Notes under the pieces: generated by a model | Told to the model about the DNA's origin: nothing | Seen by the model: the letters and a program-made list of their open reading frames with translations, nothing else | Database searches by the model: none | Shown: positions 58,910-64,000 of the stretch, piece after piece | How the letters are laid out: each line of letters starts with the position of its first letter | Numbering within the stretch: the first letter of the stretch is position 1 | Translations under genes and position numbers: made by a program | DNA from: Chloroflexi bacterium CSP1-4 | GTDB taxonomy: Bacteria; Chloroflexota; Limnocylindria; Limnocylindrales; CSP1-4 | Direction: 5' to 3' | Length of the DNA stretch: 64,000 nucleotides | Assembly (NCBI GenBank): GCA_001443375.1 | Contig: LDXM01000006.1 | Location: forward strand, 18,133-82,132

Positions 58910-61023
58910 GCCTGCACGACCGGCAGGCCCCGCCCGGCCCCGAAGCGATCCGCCGACAGGCTCGCCGCCAGCACCTCCGCCACGTCCTGGACGCCCACCG
59001 CGCCCGCGGAGGCATCGGCCAGGCCGTCGCGCATCATGACGATGCAGAAGGGGCACGCGGTGACGACGCCCTCGGCGCCGGTCTCGAGCGCCTGGCGTGT
59101 CCGCTCGGCGTTGATGCGCGTGCCCCGGGTCTCCTCCATCCACATCCGCCCGCCGCCCGCGCCGCAGCAGAAGCTTTCCCGGCCGCTGTGCTCCATCTCG
59201 CGCAACTCCACACCGGGGATCGCGCTCAACACGGCGCGCGGCTGGGCGATGACGTCGTTGTAGCGCGCCAGGTAGCACGAGTCGTGGAAGGTCAGGCTGC
59301 CCGAGCGCCCGAGTTCGGGGCGCAGGCGGCCGTCGGTCACCAGCCGCGCCAGGTAGGCACTGTGGTGCACGACCTCGTAACGGCCGCCGAACTGGGGGTA
59401 CTCGTTCGCGATCGTGTTGAAGCAGTGCGGGCAGGCGGTCACGATCGTCTTCGGCCGGTAGCGGTCGAGCGTCTCCACGTTGGCCATGGCCAGGATCTGG
59501 TAGACGTACTCGTTGCCCATGCGGCGCGCCGGGTCGCCGCTGCACGACTCCTCCTGGCCGAGCACGGCGAAGTCCACCCCGGCCGCGTCCAGGCAGGTCA
59601 CGAAGGCCCGAGCGACCTTGCGGTTGCGGTCGTCGAAGGAGGCGGCGCAGCCCACCCAGTAGAGGCAGTCGAGCTTCGCCACGGCGTCCGGCCCGCCTTC
59701 GGCGACGACCTCGGCGGCCGTGCGCACCACGAAGGGCAGGCTCCTCGCCCAGTCGAGGCGCGAACTCTGCGGCTGGCCCCAGACGTTGCCCTGGCGCTCG
59801 AGGTTCGTGAAGGCGCCGGCCAGCTCGGCCGGGAAGCGGCTGTCCTCCAGCACGAGGTTGCGGCGCAGGCCGACGATCTTGTCGACGTGCTCGATGAGCA
59901 CCGGGCAGGCCTCGACGCAGGCGCCGCAGGTGACGCAGTCCCAGACGGCGTCGTAGGGGATGGCGGTGTCGACGATGGGCCGCCCGAGGGCACCGGCGCT
60001 CGGGGCACCGGCCGGTTTGCCCGGGGCGTCCGAGGACCGGATGAAGGGGATCGCCGGCAGCAGCCCGATGCCCTTCTCGGCCTCGACCGCCATCTCGCGC
60101 AGGCCCATGATCAGCGTCTTCGGGTTGAGCGGCTTGCCCGTCGCCCAGGCCGGGCAGGCGTTCTGGCAACGTCCGCACTCGGTGCAGGTGAAGCCGTCGA
60201 GCAGGTCCTTCCAGCCCAGGTCCTCGATCGTCTTCACGCCGAAGCGCGCGGTCTCCGCCTCGAGGTCCATGGCGGGCAGCTCGCCGCGCGGGCGCAGCTT
60301 GCGGAAGGCCGTGTTGAAGAAGGCGGTCGCGATGTGCAGGTGCTTGGAGCGCGGCAGGTACACCAGGAAGAAGCAGACGATGAGCACGTTCGCCCACCAG
60401 GCGAGCGCGAAGAGCACCTCGACGAACTCCGGGGCGAGGGTGCCCAGGGGGCGGGCGAGCAGTTCGGAGACGACCTCCCAGGCGGAGTCCGGGTCGCCGT
60501 AGCGGGCGAGGCGGAAGGCCTCGGCGACCAGCTCGGTCGTGACCACGCCGCCGATCAGCAGCAGGATCGTCAGCGCGTCGCGCGAGAGCGTCAGTCGGGC
60601 GGGCCGTGTCAGGAGGCGGCGCGTGAGCGCCCAGCCCACGCCGAACAGCACGCCCAGCGCGAGCAGGTTGCTCCCCAGCAGGGTGAGTCGCCAGGGCCAG
60701 CCGTCGAGGGGCCAGCCGAGGATCGACTGCACGAGCCCGAACGTGACGCGGTTGGCCGTGCCGACCGTGAGCACGATGAAGCCCCAGAAGATCGCCGCGT
60801 GCAGGAGCCCCGGTCCGGGGTCGCGGAACATCCGCACCTGGATGATGGAGAAGCGGATGAGCGACGCGATGCGCGCCTCCGGCTGGTCGGCGACGGTGGA
60901 GGGCCGGGCAGCGGCGAAGACCCGCAGGTGGCGCGCCATCTCCAGCGCGAAGATCAGCGCGGCGACGGCGAAGACGAGGGGCGCGAGCGGGTAGAGCGGG
61001 ACCTGCTCGAGGAGCGCGGTCAC
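58906..61023 (-). CDS. FadF/EtfD-like membrane Fe-S oxidoreductase (HdrD-like CCG domains)
   Basis: NarI-like TM part (SKHLH); CTECGRCQNACP, CVTCGACVEACP; E.CSGD, ACPHC, HDSC, CCGAGGG, ACPFC. Confidence 0.88.
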   Translation of the reverse strand: MTALLEQVPLYPLAPLVFAVAALIFALEMARHLRVFAAARPSTVADQPEARIASLIRFSIIQVRMFRDPGPGLLHAAIFWGFIVLTVGTANRVTFGLVQSILGWPLDGWPWRLTLLGSNLLALGVLFGVGWALTRRLLTRPARLTLSRDALTILLLIGGVVTTELVAEAFRLARYGDPDSAWEVVSELLARPLGTLAPEFVEVLFALAWWANVLIVCFFLVYLPRSKHLHIATAFFNTAFRKLRPRGELPAMDLEAETARFGVKTIEDLGWKDLLDGFTCTECGRCQNACPAWATGKPLNPKTLIMGLREMAVEAEKGIGLLPAIPFIRSSDAPGKPAGAPSAGALGRPIVDTAIPYDAVWDCVTCGACVEACPVLIEHVDKIVGLRRNLVLEDSRFPAELAGAFTNLERQGNVWGQPQSSRLDWARSLPFVVRTAAEVVAEGGPDAVAKLDCLYWVGCAASFDDRNRKVARAFVTCLDAAGVDFAVLGQEESCSGDPARRMGNEYVYQILAMANVETLDRYRPKTIVTACPHCFNTIANEYPQFGGRYEVVHHSAYLARLVTDGRLRPELGRSGSLTFHDSCYLARYNDVIAQPRAVLSAIPGVELREMEHSGRESFCCGAGGGRMWMEETRGTRINAERTRQALETGAEGVVTACPFCIVMMRDGLADASAGAVGVQDVAEVLAASLSADRFGAGRGLPVVQA

Positions 61024-61547
61024 CGGCCCCGGTCCGCCGACCGGTCCGGCCCCCCTGCCGCCGCGTGGCGGCTGGAGTCGTTGGCCAGCGTCTCCAGCGC
61101 GTGGGCGAGCGCCGGCAGGACGGCCTCGAGCGATTCGCGGGCGCCGCCCGGGCTGCCGGGCACGGCCAGCACGAGGCAGTGGCCGATGACCCCGCCGAGC
61201 GAGCGCGAGAGCGACGCAAACGGCGTGGACCGGCGACCCTCGGAGCGCATCAGCTCACCGAAGCCGGGCACCTCGTAGTCGAGCAGCGGCCGCAGCGCCT
61301 GCGGCGTGACGTCGCGGGGGGTCATCCCCGTGCCGCCCGTCGTGACCACGAGGCGGTGGCGGACGGCGGCGGCGCGAACGGCCGCAGCGATGACCACGGC
61401 GTCATCGGGGACGGCGGCGCGCTCGACCTGGAAGCCTGCCGCCTCCAGCAGCTCGGCGAGGACCGGGCCGCTCTTGTCCGGACGGGTCCCGGCGATAACG
61501 CCGTCGCTGACCGTGAGGACGAGGGCGCCGGGCAGCAGGCCCGTCAT
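61020..61547 (-). CDS. Molybdopterin adenylyltransferase MogA/MoaB family
   Basis: LTVSD, D.SG, VPD, TTGGTGMTPRDVTP, LSR, PGSP. Confidence 0.92.
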   Translation of the reverse strand: MTGLLPGALVLTVSDGVIAGTRPDKSGPVLAELLEAAGFQVERAAVPDDAVVIAAAVRAAAVRHRLVVTTGGTGMTPRDVTPQALRPLLDYEVPGFGELMRSEGRRSTPFASLSRSLGGVIGHCLVLAVPGSPGGARESLEAVLPALAHALETLANDSSRHAAAGGPDRSADRGR

Positions 61548-61553
61548 CGGGGC

Positions 61554-62141
61554 TCAGCCGGTGCGACGCGGCCCGCGCACCCCCTTGGGACGGGGTGGCT
61601 TCGCGCTGGGGGAACCCGCCGGCTCGGCCGGTCGTCGCCATTCACCCGATCGGCCTCCCGACTTCTCGACGACCCGCAGGTGCCGGATCTCCGCACTGCG
61701 ATCGACGCCCTTGACCATATCGTAGACGGTGAGGGCGGCCACGGCGGCAGCCGTCAGCGCTTCCATCTCCACGCCGGTGCGGGCCACGGTGGCGGCCGTG
61801 GCGCGGATGAGGAGCGCGCCACGTGCACGATCGGGCTTGACCTCGACCACGAGGTCGGTCAGCGGCAGCGGGTGGCACAACGGGATGAGGTCCGAGGTGC
61901 GCTTGCCGCCCATCACGCCGGCCAGCTCGGCCACGGTCAGCACGTCACCCTTGGGGCCACCGCCGTCCACGATGAGGCTGATCGTCTCCTGCGCGAGGGC
62001 GACCTCGGCCTCGGCCACCGCGCGGCGGGCGGTGGGCGGCTTCTCGCTCACGTCCACCATGCGCGGCCGGCCGCTGCGGTCGACGTGGGTGAGGCGCCGG
62101 CGTTCGGTGCGCTTCGGGGGCTCCATGGGCATCGGGCTCAC
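61554..62141 (-). CDS. moaC: Cyclic pyranopterin monophosphate synthase
   Basis: LTH.D..G..RMVDVS.K, KGDV, LIPLCHP, TGVEMEAL, YDMVK, KSGG.SG. Confidence 0.95.
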   Translation of the reverse strand: MSPMPMEPPKRTERRRLTHVDRSGRPRMVDVSEKPPTARRAVAEAEVALAQETISLIVDGGGPKGDVLTVAELAGVMGGKRTSDLIPLCHPLPLTDLVVEVKPDRARGALLIRATAATVARTGVEMEALTAAAVAALTVYDMVKGVDRSAEIRHLRVVEKSGGRSGEWRRPAEPAGSPSAKPPRPKGVRGPRRTG

Positions 62142-63406
62142 GCTCCTTCCAGTTCCCAGACGTCGACCTCGGCGCCGGCCGGCAGGCCGTCCAGATCTTC
62201 GGGCACGACCGCCAGGCCGTCGGCGGCGGCGAGCGCCGAAAGCACGTGCGACCCCTGGCCGCCTGCCAGGAGCGCCAGTCGCTCGCCGGGTCGCCCGGGG
62301 TCGGGCGCCAGCTTCACGCGCAGAAAGGCGCGGCGCGGCGGGCTCTTGGTGACGGCCGAGGCGAGGCGCGCCCGCACGACCCGGCGCGCGGTAGGGTCGC
62401 GGTCGCCCGAGAGCGCCCGCAGCACGGGGCGGACGAACAGCTCGAACGTGACGAAGCTGCTCACGGGGTTGCCGGGCAGGCCGAACAACAGCGCTTCACG
62501 ACCGTCCGGCGACGGAGCGCGCCCGAACGCGACCGGTTTGCCGGGCTGGACGGCGACGCGCCACAGGTCCACGCGCCCCAGGCGCTCGAAGGCCGCCTTC
62601 ACCACGTCGCGGGCGCCGACCGAGACGCCGCCGCTGACGATGACGAGGTCCGCCCATCCGATCGCGCCGACCAGCGCAGTCTCGACCTCGGCGAGCGTGT
62701 CGCGGGCGACGCCGAGCCGCCGAACGTCCGCGCCGGCCGCTCGAGCCTGCGCCGCGAGCGCCGGCGAGTTGCTGTCGTGGATCTGCCCGGGACCCAGCTC
62801 CTCACCGGGTGAGACCAGCTCGTCGCCCGTGGCCAGGACGGCGACGCGCGGCCGGCGGTGGACGCGCAGCGTCCCGTGCCCGCCGGCGACGAGCAGGGCC
62901 AGCGCGGCGGGCGCGATGCGCGCGCCGGGCGGGAGGAGCGGAACGCCGGCGTGGAAGTCGCTGCCGGCTCGCCGAACATGCTGCCCGGGAAGGGCCGGGG
63001 CGCGTATCGCCACCGAGGCGGGCAGCGTCGCGAGGCCCGGCTCGCTGTCGGTCTCCTCGACCGGCACGACCGCGTCGGCGCCCTCGGGGAGCATCGCCCC
63101 GGTGAGGATGCGCACGGCGGTGCCGGGCTCGACCGGGGCGGTGGGGGCATAGCCGGCCGCCACCTCGCCCACGACGCGGAGGGTGACCGGGTGACCGGCG
63201 GAGGCGGTCGCGACATCGGCGCTGCGCACCGCGAAGCCATCCATGGCCGTGTTGTCCCAGGGCGGCAGCGTCAGGCGCGCCGCCAGGGGCTCGGCCAGGA
63301 CCCGCCCCACGGCGTCGTCCACGCCGACCTGCTCCACGGGCAGCGGCACGACCCCGGCGAGCATGCGCTCCAGGGCGCCTTCGAGCGAGAGGAGCTGCTC
63401 ACCCAT
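62138..63406 (-). CDS. moeA: Molybdopterin molybdotransferase
   Basis: P.DN.AMDGFA, RILTGA.LP.GADAV, TGDEL, DSN, SGGVSVG..D, PGKP, LPGNPVS, GSH. Confidence 0.95.
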   Translation of the reverse strand: MGEQLLSLEGALERMLAGVVPLPVEQVGVDDAVGRVLAEPLAARLTLPPWDNTAMDGFAVRSADVATASAGHPVTLRVVGEVAAGYAPTAPVEPGTAVRILTGAMLPEGADAVVPVEETDSEPGLATLPASVAIRAPALPGQHVRRAGSDFHAGVPLLPPGARIAPAALALLVAGGHGTLRVHRRPRVAVLATGDELVSPGEELGPGQIHDSNSPALAAQARAAGADVRRLGVARDTLAEVETALVGAIGWADLVIVSGGVSVGARDVVKAAFERLGRVDLWRVAVQPGKPVAFGRAPSPDGREALLFGLPGNPVSSFVTFELFVRPVLRALSGDRDPTARRVVRARLASAVTKSPPRRAFLRVKLAPDPGRPGERLALLAGGQGSHVLSALAAADGLAVVPEDLDGLPAGAEVDVWELEGA

Positions 63407-64000
63407 CAGACCGCTCCCCGCTCCAGCGCGACCGCGCGGCGCCGGGCCAGCCACCAGGCGGCGAGCCCGAGGACGATGGTGAGTGCGCCAAGGACCGTCG
63501 CGGTGCGCTCCCAGAACGGGATCGGGTAGAGCTGGACCATGTGCTCGGTGCGCGGGTCGAAGGACCAGTTCCCGCCCGGGAAGAAGACCTGGTGGAAGAG
63601 CGTGAAGGCGGCATCGAAGGCCACCAGGAACAGCGCCCCGACGATCGCGAAGGCCACCGTCAGCCCCAGCGCACCACGCGAGACGGCGCGCCAGAAGGGC
63701 GCCGCGCGGCCGGATCGGACGACCCCCGCCGCGAGCACGACGAGCGCGACGGCGGCGGCGGCGAGCAGCCCGTAGAACACGGCCCGGGCATCCCGCAGGT
63801 GGCCGGCCTCGGCGGCGTTGTAGAAGCTCGGGCCCCCTTCCTCCATCGGGAAGGCGAACGTGGCCGGCCCGAAGACGAGCTCCCTGACCGTCCGGTCGGA
63901 CAGGTCGTGCGCCTGCGACGGGGTGACGCCGAGGAAGGCCGCCGACCCGGCGTCGTCGAGTGCCGCATGGATGTAGACCGGGGTGAGCAGCAGCACGACC
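63406..64000 (-). CDS. DUF1461/TIGR01906-like integral membrane protein (Lit-like), 5'-truncated
   Basis: E..HL.D.R..F and F..FH.VFF..GNW.FD......LYP..FW motifs. Confidence 0.75.
   Translation of the reverse strand, partial: VVLLLTPVYIHAALDDAGSAAFLGVTPSQAHDLSDRTVRELVFGPATFAFPMEEGGPSFYNAAEAGHLRDARAVFYGLLAAAAVALVVLAAGVVRSGRAAPFWRAVSRGALGLTVAFAIVGALFLVAFDAAFTLFHQVFFPGGNWSFDPRTEHMVQLYPIPFWERTATVLGALTIVLGLAAWWLARRRAVALERGAV

Noticed and set aside
56983..61278. 1431-aa + strand ORF
   Set aside because: Antisense shadow of etfB/acyl-CoA dehydrogenase/fadF in high-GC DNA; no recognisable motifs.

Overview
Very GC-rich bacterial chromosome segment. The gene set, the T-box and the PBP style suggest Chloroflexota, possibly Limnocylindria-like, but this is inference only. 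The core blocks are: an EF-G paralog; a his operon with a TrpR-like regulator and a divergently placed hisA; tyrS; a class A PBP; cvpA-mpg-mutS2; thrS (T-box)-infC-rpmI-rplT-pheST; tRNA-Val; a long minus-strand run (peptide-binding protein, gluzincin, 2x DUF881, TldD/E, DUF951, MFS, asparaginase, amidohydrolase); grx-ccdA-tlpA; nrdR-dcd; FadF/ETF/acyl-CoA dehydrogenase; and Moco genes. The accessory-looking region ~36.0-51.1 kb ends at tRNA-Arg(CCT) and holds two items. (i) A divergent cluster resembling a variant of the anaerobic yge/ygf purine-degradation locus: Xdh-like, SsnA-like, a degenerate DHODH-ferredoxin, cupin, two PLP enzymes, two non-canonical carbamoyltransferases and carbamate kinase. 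(ii) Small cargo modules (padR plus membrane gene; mrr) separated by degenerate copies of the tRNA 3' end, each followed by a shared 19-bp motif, with no integrase. A probable structured ncRNA (6S-like fold) lies next to tRNA-Val. All calls come from motif recognition by eye; no database searches were run.
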